A stretch of DNA of 64,000 nt, taken from the NCBI RefSeq assembly GCF_965223055.1, contig NZ_CBDCVM010000005.1, forward strand, positions 318,739 through 382,738, read 5' to 3'. The translations under genes were made by a program, and so were the position numbers. Position 1 is the stretch's first letter, and each line of letters opens with the position of its first letter. The notes beneath the pieces are model-generated. The model was not told the origin of the DNA. It saw only the letters and a program-made list of their open reading frames with translations, and searched no databases. The stretch comes from Reichenbachiella sp. GTDB taxonomy: Bacteria; Bacteroidota; Bacteroidia; Cytophagales; Cyclobacteriaceae. Of the stretch, positions 9,028 through 18,580 are shown piece by piece.

Positions 9028-12000
9028 TTACTGTTCGTTCAACCTGCGGAAATATTTATTTACTTCTTCCTTATAGTAAGGATTCATCTTAGGTGGAACG
9101 GTATTCAGTAGTTCAAGTTCCTTTTGTTTGGCTTTTATATAATCTTCAAACTCAGGAGGTAGGTTTCTTTCGTAATTGGTGGCTTGTTCTGCCTCTCTCT
9201 CATCGTCGAGTTCGCGTTCACGTAAGGCATCTTCTGCTTTGAGCATACGGGTAAGGATGTCTTTTTGTCTATTGATGGTTTGTTGGGTGATTCGTTTATT
9301 CACCAAATCCATCTCAGTCTTTTCCATTTTGTCTATGGCCTCCTTTAAATTCTTCCCTGCTCCTCCCTCGTTTTCACCTAATTGGTCTTGCAATTTTTGA
9401 AGTTCACCTCGTAGCATTTCTTGTTCGGCTGCTAATTCAGCCAATTCTTTTGACAATGGCCTTCCTGATTTGCCGCTTTTCTTTAAATCTTCAATTTTTT
9501 TATTGAGTTGTTTTTGTAACTCCGAAAGTCCAGGAAGCTTTTGTTTTTGCCCTTTCTGCCCTTTTTGTGGTTTTCCCATAGCATCAGCCATTTGTTGTTG
9601 CATTTGTTGAAGTACATCATCAAGTAATAGAGCGAGGTTGTTGATAGATGTCATGGCATATTGTTGATGAGTAGTGGCTTCAGTTTTTCTCCTGTCTTTT
9701 AGTCCTTGTAAACTGGCTTCTACTTCATCGTTCATAGCACCAACTTCACGGGTCACAAAACTTTGTATTTGAAATACGCGATTGGCTAAAGAGAGTAAAC
9801 TGTCTTCAATAATTTTTGCATCGTCTTTCAGTTTCAATTGTTGCTGAGATAGTGTCACATACCTTGGGTCGCTTTGATTCACTCCCTTAAACTCTTTCAT
9901 TATATTTTCTTGATCAAAGGAAACCTTTACCAAATTGTCAACTATATCTCTTAAATGGTCGAGGTTTTCTTGCATCATGGTCATTTCCATACCTGCTTGC
10001 ATCTCCTCCATTTTCTTTTGCATTTGCTTCATTTTATCGGAAGCATTCTGTTGAGATTGAGAAGATTTCTTTCTTTTTTTCTGCTCAAGCATTTCTGAGC
10101 TTTGCTGCTGTTCCTCTTGTATTTCTAATTCTTCTTGGTCAAAGTCTTCGAGATTTTCTGGCTGTTTCATCTCTTCATTGAGTTCTTCCAATTGATCCAT
10201 TTCTTCCTGGAGATCTTCAAATGATTCGTTGAGCTCTTTCTGTTTTTCTTGAAGAGACTCCATTTCATTATCCTTATCGAGTGTCTCTTCGGCCAGGTTT
10301 TGCTGCTCCTGACTCAGCTCGTCTAAGTCATTGATGATCTCGTCCATTTTATAATCAAACTGTAGACGCTTAAACATTTCTATAGCTCGTTCAATTTCTT
10401 TTTGTAAATTCTCCTCCTTACTCTCTATCTGATCCATGATTTCTTCAATGTCTTCAGATCCATTTTGTTCTTCTAAAAGCTTTTTGAGTTCGTCGTAAAG
10501 CATTTTAGTTTCTTCATCTAGAATATCATCCATCAATTTTTGCAACTGATCTACTTTTTCTTGAAGCTTTTCGTTTGGTTTATTAAATCGCTCTTGTTTT
10601 TTCGCGAGATCTTGGTTTTGCTGAGATATTTTGTTGAGCGCTTCTTCTAGCTTTTCTTTTTGTTTGATCAGGTCATTAATCTTTTTATTCTCTTGCCAAT
10701 TGAGGTTTTCTTTACTTTTCAGGTCGTTTTGTATATCCTTGATTTGCTCATTTAGGTCTTGAGCTTCTTCTAATGATTTGTCTAATTCCTTTTTAGCTCC
10801 ACTGGCTTGTTTATCCAGCTTTTCTTTGATTTCCTTCTTTTCAGGTATTTGGAAAGTATATGTGGCACTTTGTGTGGGCTTACGACCATTTATACCATCG
10901 TTGTCCCAAACTCTCACAAAATACTCAACGGACTCTCCTTCTTGTATATCTAAAGAGTCTAATTTCCATTGGTAAAAGTAGTCTTGAGAAGAAAGACTCT
11001 TATTATAAGGAATTGGGAGCGAGTGCCTTACATCGTTTTGATCATAGATAAACTCTAGTTTAGAAATGCCATAGTCGTCACTAATGAGGCCATTGAAAAC
11101 GATAAATGCAAAAAGTGTTGTATCCTGGAATGCGTTGACAGAAATTTTTGGGTATTCATCTTTGATTACCTCTATTTCGTAAGCAATAGAGTCCTTGTTT
11201 GGGCTATGTTTGTTTTCTAACTTTAGCTTATATAAATCACTTTGTTTAACTCTTTTCTTTGCTTCAAATAGTTGATTACTAGTACTTTCCAAATCGATAA
11301 TGGATTTGTCTTGGTCAAAAAACATTTGAACAGATTCAGTTTCAATAGTTTTTATTCTCCAATTAATCTGTGTGCCTTCAGGAACAGTAAGGTTTCCGAC
11401 GTTCTCCAATGTTTCATTCTTTTTGCCAGTATAGTTGGGATAATCCAGGTTAATGTTGAACGTCTTAATGTCTGGTCTTTGTAGAACTACGACTTCATGT
11501 TTAATTGATTTGTAATCCGCAGCATCTATAATAAAATTGAAGTTGTCTTGCACTTTATTGAATACATATTCCAATCGATGATTAGAATTTTTCTTCATCT
11601 TGGCTGTTCTACCTCGCGCACTGACGTAAACTTGTTCAGGAATTGCCGACCCGGTTACCTCAACTTCCAAGACAAAATCTTCATTTTTGAAGGCTATAAA
11701 ATTTTCATTTAATGGTGTGATGGAAAAGAGCGAGCCAGGGCCAAACTCTTTTTCATAATTTACAATCCGGTTTGTACTTTCAGTCAAATACTGAGGGACA
11801 ATTAAAAATATCAAAAGAAGAATGAATCCAGGGTAGGCAATATACTTGAGGTATTTTTTATTCGATTTTAAGTCAATGCTGGAGTTAAATTCGAAAGGCG
11901 TGATCTCTAAGGTACGTTTTTCAATACTCGCAACTGCTAAACTATTGTCAGCAGAAGAAATATTCCATAACTGTATGGTATTCAGTAACTTATCACTAAT

Positions 12001-12312
12001 ATCAGGGAAAAATTCGCCAATTGTTTTGGCTGCTTCCTCATCGCTTATTCGGGAATTGGCCCGGATAATATTCAAATACGGAAGTACTATTAGTTTGAAT
12101 AATAAAAATAATAACGTAAATAAAAGAGTATAAAAAAGAATGGTCCTTGCTGTGGAATTAGGTAAAAGAGAGCCTTCAATTCCTGTTGCAACTAGGTAAA
12201 TTGTAAGGATAAGTGAGGTAAAGAAAATGGAATTCTTAATGAGAATATTTAGATAATACTTCTTCTTAAAAGCATTAATCTTGTTTTTCAATATGTCTGT
12301 TGATTTATTCAA
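9028..12312 (-). CDS. Large membrane-anchored coiled-coil protein (DUF4175-like)
   Basis: 1094 aa; three N-terminal hydrophobic segments, a beta-rich middle, and a long Q/E/K-rich coiled-coil C-terminus ending YKEEVNKYFRRL. Confidence 0.7.
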   Translation of the reverse strand: MNKSTDILKNKINAFKKKYYLNILIKNSIFFTSLILTIYLVATGIEGSLLPNSTARTILFYTLLFTLLFLLFKLIVLPYLNIIRANSRISDEEAAKTIGEFFPDISDKLLNTIQLWNISSADNSLAVASIEKRTLEITPFEFNSSIDLKSNKKYLKYIAYPGFILLLIFLIVPQYLTESTNRIVNYEKEFGPGSLFSITPLNENFIAFKNEDFVLEVEVTGSAIPEQVYVSARGRTAKMKKNSNHRLEYVFNKVQDNFNFIIDAADYKSIKHEVVVLQRPDIKTFNINLDYPNYTGKKNETLENVGNLTVPEGTQINWRIKTIETESVQMFFDQDKSIIDLESTSNQLFEAKKRVKQSDLYKLKLENKHSPNKDSIAYEIEVIKDEYPKISVNAFQDTTLFAFIVFNGLISDDYGISKLEFIYDQNDVRHSLPIPYNKSLSSQDYFYQWKLDSLDIQEGESVEYFVRVWDNDGINGRKPTQSATYTFQIPEKKEIKEKLDKQASGAKKELDKSLEEAQDLNEQIKDIQNDLKSKENLNWQENKKINDLIKQKEKLEEALNKISQQNQDLAKKQERFNKPNEKLQEKVDQLQKLMDDILDEETKMLYDELKKLLEEQNGSEDIEEIMDQIESKEENLQKEIERAIEMFKRLQFDYKMDEIINDLDELSQEQQNLAEETLDKDNEMESLQEKQKELNESFEDLQEEMDQLEELNEEMKQPENLEDFDQEELEIQEEQQQSSEMLEQKKRKKSSQSQQNASDKMKQMQKKMEEMQAGMEMTMMQENLDHLRDIVDNLVKVSFDQENIMKEFKGVNQSDPRYVTLSQQQLKLKDDAKIIEDSLLSLANRVFQIQSFVTREVGAMNDEVEASLQGLKDRRKTEATTHQQYAMTSINNLALLLDDVLQQMQQQMADAMGKPQKGQKGQKQKLPGLSELQKQLNKKIEDLKKSGKSGRPLSKELAELAAEQEMLRGELQKLQDQLGENEGGAGKNLKEAIDKMEKTEMDLVNKRITQQTINRQKDILTRMLKAEDALRERELDDEREAEQATNYERNLPPEFEDYIKAKQKELELLNTVPPKMNPYYKEEVNKYFRRLNEQ

Positions 12313-12320
12313 ACGTGTAT

Positions 12321-13649
12321 TTAATAAGATTTGATTTTCTTAAAAGATGCCTTCTTAACTATAGTACTAATTTTTGTTTTTGAATCAATACCTAATAATT
12401 CATTGTTATAAATAACATACTCAGGATATGACTCTAAAATCAAGAACTTTGAATTTTCAGTGCCTTTGAGCTTTTTAGCCAATTGAATTCTTGAGTATTT
12501 TTCATTGCTTTTATTCCAAAATTCCACCTCCATGTCCTTTATTACGATTTGTGGGTCAGTTGGATTTATATTTTCAGGAATAGTCTTGACAAATTCAATA
12601 GCTGGAGTGTTTAAGAAATATTGGTTTGAGTCATTTTCAATATCTGAGTACCATTGAATTTTGTGGATTGTAGAATCAAGAACATCCCTTGTTAAAAGAC
12701 TATCTGATTTGAGGTCTATTGATGCCCAAATCTTTTGAAGGAATAGACTATCATGTACTTCTTTAATTTCTAAGTATTTAATAACTGATCTGTTGCTTTG
12801 CGTAACCTGATAAGCTGGATATTGACTTGTCAATATTTTGTTTAGACGTTTGGTTTGTGTCGAATAAGGTGATTGATATGGGTTGAATAAAACAAGGTCT
12901 AACTGACCACGCAAAAACTCTGAATAAACTAAATCTCTATTTTTGAGAAAGCTCAACTCAATAGATTGAATATTGCTCAAGCTTGTAGAACGACGGATAA
13001 GACGAGCTGAGATGTCTTCATTCAATTCGATTAATTCAAAATCTCCACTCCCAATATATGATCCATTACTTTCTTTAAACAGTGTAAAAACTGGATCCTG
13101 AAACCAGACAAGTAATTGCTCCTTTTTGCTTCGAAGATTGATGCTAAAACTGTAAGGATTGATAATCTGGAATCCATTAGGAATGGAGTCAGTGATGCCA
13201 CGGTTTTCTCGGTACCAGTTGACTAACCCAAAGCCGTTCATGGATGAAAATAGCTGTTGCACGGATTCATTGCTATATTGATATTGAATAAGATACTTTA
13301 AGAAATCATGAACAGCTTGTGAATCAACGGGACTTCCGTCGTGAAAATATTTCTTCGGATTTAAATTGAATGTATAGCGGCCTTGAAGTGTATCGAATTG
13401 ATAGGTCTCAAATAGATGACTGGAAAAATCTAATTCCATGAATTTTTCAAAAACCAGCTCTTTTACAAATACTTCACTTCGGTTATTGGATTGAAGAGGG
13501 TTGAGTTGTAAGATATTATCTTGAAAATTGATTCGAATGCTTTTTTTTCCGTATGGTTCTTTTGAATCAACGACTTTAGCAGGTGTTTCACATGAAACGA
13601 AGAGAAGGGTTCCGTAAAGAATGAGAATATATGATTTTATTTGATTCAT
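12321..13649 (-). CDS. Divergent lipoprotein resembling family-5 ABC substrate-binding proteins
   Basis: Lipobox FVSC; N-terminal LNPL...YTFNLNPKKYFHDGSPVDSQAV and GSGDFEL resemble SBP_bac_5; C-terminal half unrecognised. Confidence 0.5.
   Translation of the reverse strand: MNQIKSYILILYGTLLFVSCETPAKVVDSKEPYGKKSIRINFQDNILQLNPLQSNNRSEVFVKELVFEKFMELDFSSHLFETYQFDTLQGRYTFNLNPKKYFHDGSPVDSQAVHDFLKYLIQYQYSNESVQQLFSSMNGFGLVNWYRENRGITDSIPNGFQIINPYSFSINLRSKKEQLLVWFQDPVFTLFKESNGSYIGSGDFELIELNEDISARLIRRSTSLSNIQSIELSFLKNRDLVYSEFLRGQLDLVLFNPYQSPYSTQTKRLNKILTSQYPAYQVTQSNRSVIKYLEIKEVHDSLFLQKIWASIDLKSDSLLTRDVLDSTIHKIQWYSDIENDSNQYFLNTPAIEFVKTIPENINPTDPQIVIKDMEVEFWNKSNEKYSRIQLAKKLKGTENSKFLILESYPEYVIYNNELLGIDSKTKISTIVKKASFKKIKSY
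13584..13599. other. Degenerate parS-like site inside the lipoprotein CDS
   Basis: TGTTTCACATGAAACG, 14/16 to consensus. Confidence 0.45.
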
Positions 13650-14009
13650 TTAGTTGATTATACCAATCTCATCGGAAAAATACTCCAGCACGTACATTTT
13701 TAACAATTTTTCTTGTTCTAGGACATCAAAATGAGGTAATTGTTTTTTTAAAACCCAGTGTGGCCAACCATCTTTATCCGTTCCTTCTAGTGAATAGAAC
13801 CCCGCAAGGCTTAAGCATTTGCATATACCCAAATGTATAAGATCTTGTTTTTCTTCCTTCGAAAAATTGTCATAGCCTCGGCCAAGCTCTTGAACACCAA
13901 TAAGAAACAATACTCCTTTTAGATCAGCAGGTTTTCTTCCTAAAACTTCTTTGAGCTTTTCCCTCAACTTTACCCATTTTCTTTCTAGGTCTAAATCTTT
14001 TTTGAGCAT
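13650..14009 (-). CDS. Conserved hypothetical protein
   Basis: 119 aa; LFLIGVQELG...EEKQDLIHLGIC...DGWPHW resembles a conserved Bacteroidota family; abuts the next gene as TAAATG. Confidence 0.65.
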   Translation of the reverse strand: MLKKDLDLERKWVKLREKLKEVLGRKPADLKGVLFLIGVQELGRGYDNFSKEEKQDLIHLGICKCLSLAGFYSLEGTDKDGWPHWVLKKQLPHFDVLEQEKLLKMYVLEYFSDEIGIIN

Positions 14010-14094
14010 TCTCTTAAATCATTTCTCACCTTAATATCAAAGATATTCTACCTTGTGTATGAAATAGACCAGGTAGCAGTTTAATTTTCACAAG

Positions 14095-14787
14095 ATGATG
14101 AAAAAATATTTGAAAGACTTGTTGTCGTTGATCTACCCAAACGTTTGCTATAACTGTGATATAGCTCTGGTCGAAGGGGAAGATAAAATTTGTTTAAGGT
14201 GTTTCAGAGACTTTCCTCTCACAAATTATCACGAAACCGATCCTAATCCTTTGATTCAGATTGCTGCTGGAAATGAAAAAGTTAAAGGCGCTTTTTGTTA
14301 TATGAAATTCAACAAAGAAGGAGTAGCGCAAAAGTTATTGCATGAATTGAAGTATAAAGGAAACGATACGATAGGCCTACTTCTTGGCGAATGGTTTGCT
14401 AAATATATTGAAAGAGAAATCTCGTCTTTGGAATTAGATGGAATTATTGCAGTGCCATTGCATAAAGCAAAAAGAAGAAAACGCGGCTATAACCAAAGTG
14501 AGGTAATAGCTAAGGGTATTCAGAATGTTACAGGGTTGAAAATTTTTCGTGATGCGTTAATCCGAACTAAAAATGTAAGCACACAAACAAAAAAGGGAAA
14601 AGTGGAGCGATGGCAAAATGTTGATCCTCTCTATCAAGTTGTTGATAATGATTCAATAATTGGCAAAAAGGTTCTATTAATTGATGACGTGATAACTACT
14701 GGAGCTACGATAAGTATGGCTGCAGAAGCCCTAGTTGGTTCAGGTGTTGACGAAATATATTTCGGTTGTATCGCTTCGGGCAAATAA
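14095..14787 (+). CDS. comF: ComF family double-Zn-ribbon phosphoribosyltransferase
   Basis: CYNC...CLRC, VPLHKAKRRKRGYNQS, VLLIDDVITTGATI. Confidence 0.9.
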   Translation: MMKKYLKDLLSLIYPNVCYNCDIALVEGEDKICLRCFRDFPLTNYHETDPNPLIQIAAGNEKVKGAFCYMKFNKEGVAQKLLHELKYKGNDTIGLLLGEWFAKYIEREISSLELDGIIAVPLHKAKRRKRGYNQSEVIAKGIQNVTGLKIFRDALIRTKNVSTQTKKGKVERWQNVDPLYQVVDNDSIIGKKVLLIDDVITTGATISMAAEALVGSGVDEIYFGCIASGK

Positions 14788-14814
14788 AAAAGGCCGATTC
14801 GAAAACCGGCCTTT
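14788..14814. terminator. Bidirectional intrinsic terminator between comF and gldJ
   Basis: AAAGGCCG-N11-CGGCCTTT hairpin between convergent genes. Confidence 0.8.
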
Positions 14815-14834
14815 GTATCTAAGTTTGTTGTCTT

Positions 14835-16064
14835 TTAGTAGTTAGTTCCTGCTCTTATCATCGCACATCGGAAACCAATGGTAGATGTAGCAGAATCTTC
14901 TTCCAAATATCTTCTTTGTCCTGGAGACATCCAGTAAGCAACATCTGCCCATGACCCTCCTTTATATACTCTTACTCTATCGTTAATGAGAGAATTGTGA
15001 TTAGCGAAATCATAACCATCTTCTTCATCAAGGAAGCCATCTCTTCTTACTGGATTGAGATCATCAAAATCTTGGTAAGAAAGTGGACGGTAAACATCCT
15101 GTACCCACTCATTTACATTACCTGCCATATTGTATAGACCAAAATCATTCGGAGGGTAGTCATAGATGTAAGTAGTAATCATAGCCCCATCGTTCAACTT
15201 ACCTGCAATACCAGCATAATCTCCTCTACCTCTTTTGAAATTAGCGAGGAATGTACCTAGTTGCTTTCCATACGGATTTCTTAAAGCGTGACCATCCCAT
15301 GGATACAGTCTACTATGCGTTTGGTTTTCATCTAACCACTGTGTTCCGATAAGTGCGAGAGCAGCATATTCCCATTCAGCTTCGGTTGGGAGACGATAGT
15401 TAGGCAATACGAAACCTGATTCTAATGGTATTCTTCCTGCAGATGGTAAATCAGCTTCAGCCTCTATAGCTTCGTCATAATATCCAGCATCTTCAGCTAA
15501 TTTTTGATTTACTACGATAGATCTCCAAGTACAATAGTCTTGTGCTTGCTTCCAAGTAACTCCAACTACCGGGAAAAACCTAAATCCTGGGTATCTCAAA
15601 TAATGATCGACATAAGGATCGTTGTAGGCAAGATTTTTCGCCCATACTGTAGTATCTGGTAAGGCAGACTCGTAAAACTCACGAGATGAGTCTAATCTCA
15701 CATAATGCAAATACTCTAACCAATGAATGTTGGCAACTTCAGTTTCATCCATGTAGAATGACGCAACTGTTACGGTTCTTTCATGATTATCGCTTTGATT
15801 AGCAACATCTTCTTCAAAACTACCAAGGATAGTTCTACCACCTTCTATAAACCTTAGGTTGGGTCCATCCGGTTGACCACGAAAGTCATTGACCTGAAAG
15901 CCACTTTCTTCTTCGTTGAAAGCGAGACCGGTTGCTGTACTAGATTCGCCTGGATTATGACTTGTAGCATGACCACCACCGCCCATAGACCCACAAGAGG
16001 ATATACTCAATGTGAGACCAACAAGTAATGCTGATACGTTTAAGTAGGGAACAAATTTTTTCAT
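14835..16064 (-). CDS. gldJ: Gliding motility lipoprotein GldJ (short form; FGE-sulfatase fold)
   Basis: Lipobox ISSC, FYMDETEVAN, YRLPTEAEWEYAA, GLYNMAGNVNEWVQDVYRPLS, GFRCAM; length and motifs fit Cytophagales GldJ (GldK is the alternative). Confidence 0.75.
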   Translation of the reverse strand: MKKFVPYLNVSALLVGLTLSISSCGSMGGGGHATSHNPGESSTATGLAFNEEESGFQVNDFRGQPDGPNLRFIEGGRTILGSFEEDVANQSDNHERTVTVASFYMDETEVANIHWLEYLHYVRLDSSREFYESALPDTTVWAKNLAYNDPYVDHYLRYPGFRFFPVVGVTWKQAQDYCTWRSIVVNQKLAEDAGYYDEAIEAEADLPSAGRIPLESGFVLPNYRLPTEAEWEYAALALIGTQWLDENQTHSRLYPWDGHALRNPYGKQLGTFLANFKRGRGDYAGIAGKLNDGAMITTYIYDYPPNDFGLYNMAGNVNEWVQDVYRPLSYQDFDDLNPVRRDGFLDEEDGYDFANHNSLINDRVRVYKGGSWADVAYWMSPGQRRYLEEDSATSTIGFRCAMIRAGTNY

Positions 16065-16301
16065 AACAAACTCAAATTTTATTCAAGCTCCTAAAATAAG
16101 GACAATTTTTCGTAAAACAAACACCATAAAATGCAAGCTGAGAAAATAATCACAATTTATCCCCAGACAATGTTTGCTAGTCCCTAGAAGGAGATTAACA
16201 TTTTTTATCTATATATAGAATCCAAAAATATTTAATTTATTGTTCATCTGCATAACTTTTACTTGATTATGAATGTTCGGGAGTTTATATACACCGGATA
16301 G

Positions 16302-16925
16302 GTGAAGAATATTTTAATTAAATTTGCAGGTGAAAACATGTCACAAGCTGAAGCTGCACTATATCGTCCCTTGCTACACACCATCGCATATAAGATTGTG
16401 GGGTGTTCGGCTATAGCCGAAGACATGGTTCAAGACACTTTTTTGAATTGGTTCAAAAATGAAAAGAAAGAAGTAAAGGATGCTAAAGCGTATCTGATTT
16501 CATCTGTTAGAAATTTGAGCATCAATCATCTGAAAAAGAAAAAAGACGAATTATTCGATAATTTGGCTCCAAGCTTTCCTTCTTTTAGCATTAGCACAGA
16601 CATTACATATTTGGATATAAAGCAGGAAATTTCGCATTCAATGGCTGTATTGTTGAAAAAACTACCTCCAGCTGAGCGAGCAGTTTTTGTATTGAAAGAA
16701 ATATTCAATTTTGAATATGCAGACCTACCAGATATTATAGGAAAAACATCTGACAATTGTCGTCAGTTGCTGAGTAGAGCACAACAAAAGCTGAATCATG
16801 AAAAGGAACGCTTTGTCCTTGAACCTCAAAAGTTGACACAGTTGATTGGTAACTTTAAAAAGGCGACCTTAGGAGAGTTCGAAGGGCTTATCAAATCCTT
16901 GAGAGAAGATATAGGAGTAGAGTAG
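16302..16925 (+). CDS. ECF sigma factor, ECF41/SigJ-like but lacking the C-terminal SnoaL extension; likely start is ATG 16338
   Basis: YRPLLHTIAYKIVG...AEDMVQDTF (sigma2); LPPAERAVFVLKEIFNFEYA...NCRQLLSRA (sigma4). Confidence 0.85.
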   Translation: MKNILIKFAGENMSQAEAALYRPLLHTIAYKIVGCSAIAEDMVQDTFLNWFKNEKKEVKDAKAYLISSVRNLSINHLKKKKDELFDNLAPSFPSFSISTDITYLDIKQEISHSMAVLLKKLPPAERAVFVLKEIFNFEYADLPDIIGKTSDNCRQLLSRAQQKLNHEKERFVLEPQKLTQLIGNFKKATLGEFEGLIKSLREDIGVE

Positions 16926-17035
16926 AGATGATTATGTCATCGAGATTCAATTCCAATGGCTGATAACTACCTAATTATTTCATTTCTTTACCAAGACTCC
17001 CTAAATTATCCATACGAATTAACTTAAAACCCATC

Positions 17036-18202
17036 ATGAAACGACTTGCTCTTTTATTTGCTTTTATTGCGCCTATAGGTGTATTCGCTCAATCTCCTAC
17101 TAAAAGTATACCCTTTGAATTATATGGCGACCATATAATTATTCAATTGAGCGTAGATGGTTCGGATCCATTAGATTTTATATTCGATTCTGGAGATGGC
17201 ATTACCGTCATAGACGAAGAGATCGCTGATGAACTGCATTTAGTCAAAGAGAAAGTCATTCTAAATCAAGGCACGGTCTCTGGTTCTTTGATTAAACACA
17301 ACAAACTGGAGATTGGAGACTATTTGCTCGAAAAAAACATCAAAGTCTATTCTACAGATTTAGATCATTTGGAAATTAGTTTAGGAAGAGACTTTGATGG
17401 TATTATTGGATATGATCTTTTGCATCATCACGCAGTACGTATTGATTATGACAATATGAAATTCGAGATCTATGAGCACGGTCAACATCCGAAAAAGGGA
17501 GAAGCTATTCCATTCAAATTGAATACCGCGATTCCTACCATAAAAGGCAATGTAGTATTGAATAACGGTGAACCACACCCAGGAACATTTTTTGTTATGA
17601 CTGGAGCAGGAACAACGCTTGATTTCAACTCTCCTTATGCTGAAGAGTTTGATGTGATACATAAAACAGGCGAACATTATTTTTATTATGTCAAGAGTAT
17701 TTCACAAGATGAAACGAAACACTTTGAAGGCATGGTGAAATCATTCACTTTTGGAAAACAAAAATTCGAAGACCTTCCTATTGGCATAAGCCAAGCTAAA
17801 ACAGGCACACAGGCACACGAAAAGGTATCTGGCATTTTAGGAAACAAAATACTGAGTAGATATAATGTGATTTTTGACCTTCCTGCTAAACTGATCTATT
17901 TGGAAAAAAACAAAAACTTTGATGATCACTTCACTGTGAACTGCAGCGGTATAGATATTCAGCTTTCGAAAGACAAGAAAAAAGTACTTATTCATCAAGT
18001 GTTTGAGGGAAGTGTGGCAGAAGCAGTAGGAATAAAACAAAATGCTGAACTGGTCAGCATAGATGGAAAAAAAGCACTCTCAGATGTGAACTTTCCTCAA
18101 ATTCAAAAAATGCTAGTTCAACCTGGTAGTACTGTAAAATTATTGATTGCCCAGGATGGCGAAGAAAAATCAGTAAACCTGGCATTGAAGCCACTTTTAT
18201 AG
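17036..18202 (+). CDS. Exported aspartyl protease (retropepsin-like) with C-terminal PDZ domain
   Basis: Signal peptide, FIFDSGDG catalytic-type motif, DGIIGYDLL, GILGNKILSRY, C-terminal PDZ (VFEGSVAEAVGIK). Confidence 0.8.
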   Translation: MKRLALLFAFIAPIGVFAQSPTKSIPFELYGDHIIIQLSVDGSDPLDFIFDSGDGITVIDEEIADELHLVKEKVILNQGTVSGSLIKHNKLEIGDYLLEKNIKVYSTDLDHLEISLGRDFDGIIGYDLLHHHAVRIDYDNMKFEIYEHGQHPKKGEAIPFKLNTAIPTIKGNVVLNNGEPHPGTFFVMTGAGTTLDFNSPYAEEFDVIHKTGEHYFYYVKSISQDETKHFEGMVKSFTFGKQKFEDLPIGISQAKTGTQAHEKVSGILGNKILSRYNVIFDLPAKLIYLEKNKNFDDHFTVNCSGIDIQLSKDKKKVLIHQVFEGSVAEAVGIKQNAELVSIDGKKALSDVNFPQIQKMLVQPGSTVKLLIAQDGEEKSVNLALKPLL

Positions 18203-18205
18203 TAG

Positions 18206-18580
18206 TTACTTATTTAGGATCATTTTACCGCCATAGCTTTTACCTTGATAGAGGATTTGATAATGGTATATTCCGTTTTGAACCGGAGTACCGCTCTGAT
18301 TTCTTCCGTCCCAAGTGGCTGTAATGTCACCTGAATATTGGGGTGCATTTAATAAAGTCCTGATCACTTTACCTGCTACATCTGTAATGTAAATAGTCAT
18401 TGATGATTCTTCGGGAATTGAAAATCGAATATGAAATTCATCATCAAAGGGATTTGGGTAGCCCAAAGCAAATTCCACCTTTTCAGGAAGGTCTGTTCCC
18501 GGAGAAACCAGTTTCGTATTTGATAGATCAGTTTCGAAAACGCCATTTCCATGTGTAGCAACAGCCATTTTTTCCATCAC
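18206..18580 (-). pseudogene. C-terminal fragment (T9SS sorting / FlgD-Ig domain) of the frameshifted BNR-repeat gene
   Basis: Begins MAVATHGNGVF, the natural continuation of the upstream propeller, then GYPNPF...ITDVAGKVIRTL...WDGRNQSG...GIYHYQI. Confidence 0.75.

Noticed and set aside
9028-10800. Low-complexity Q/E/K-rich periodicity in the DUF4175-like gene
   Set aside because: Explained by coiled-coil heptads; no DNA-level tandem repeat.
12321-14009. In-frame TAA-ATG abutment suggesting stop-codon readthrough fusion
   Set aside because: The downstream gene has its own lipoprotein signal peptide, and TAA is a poor readthrough codon.
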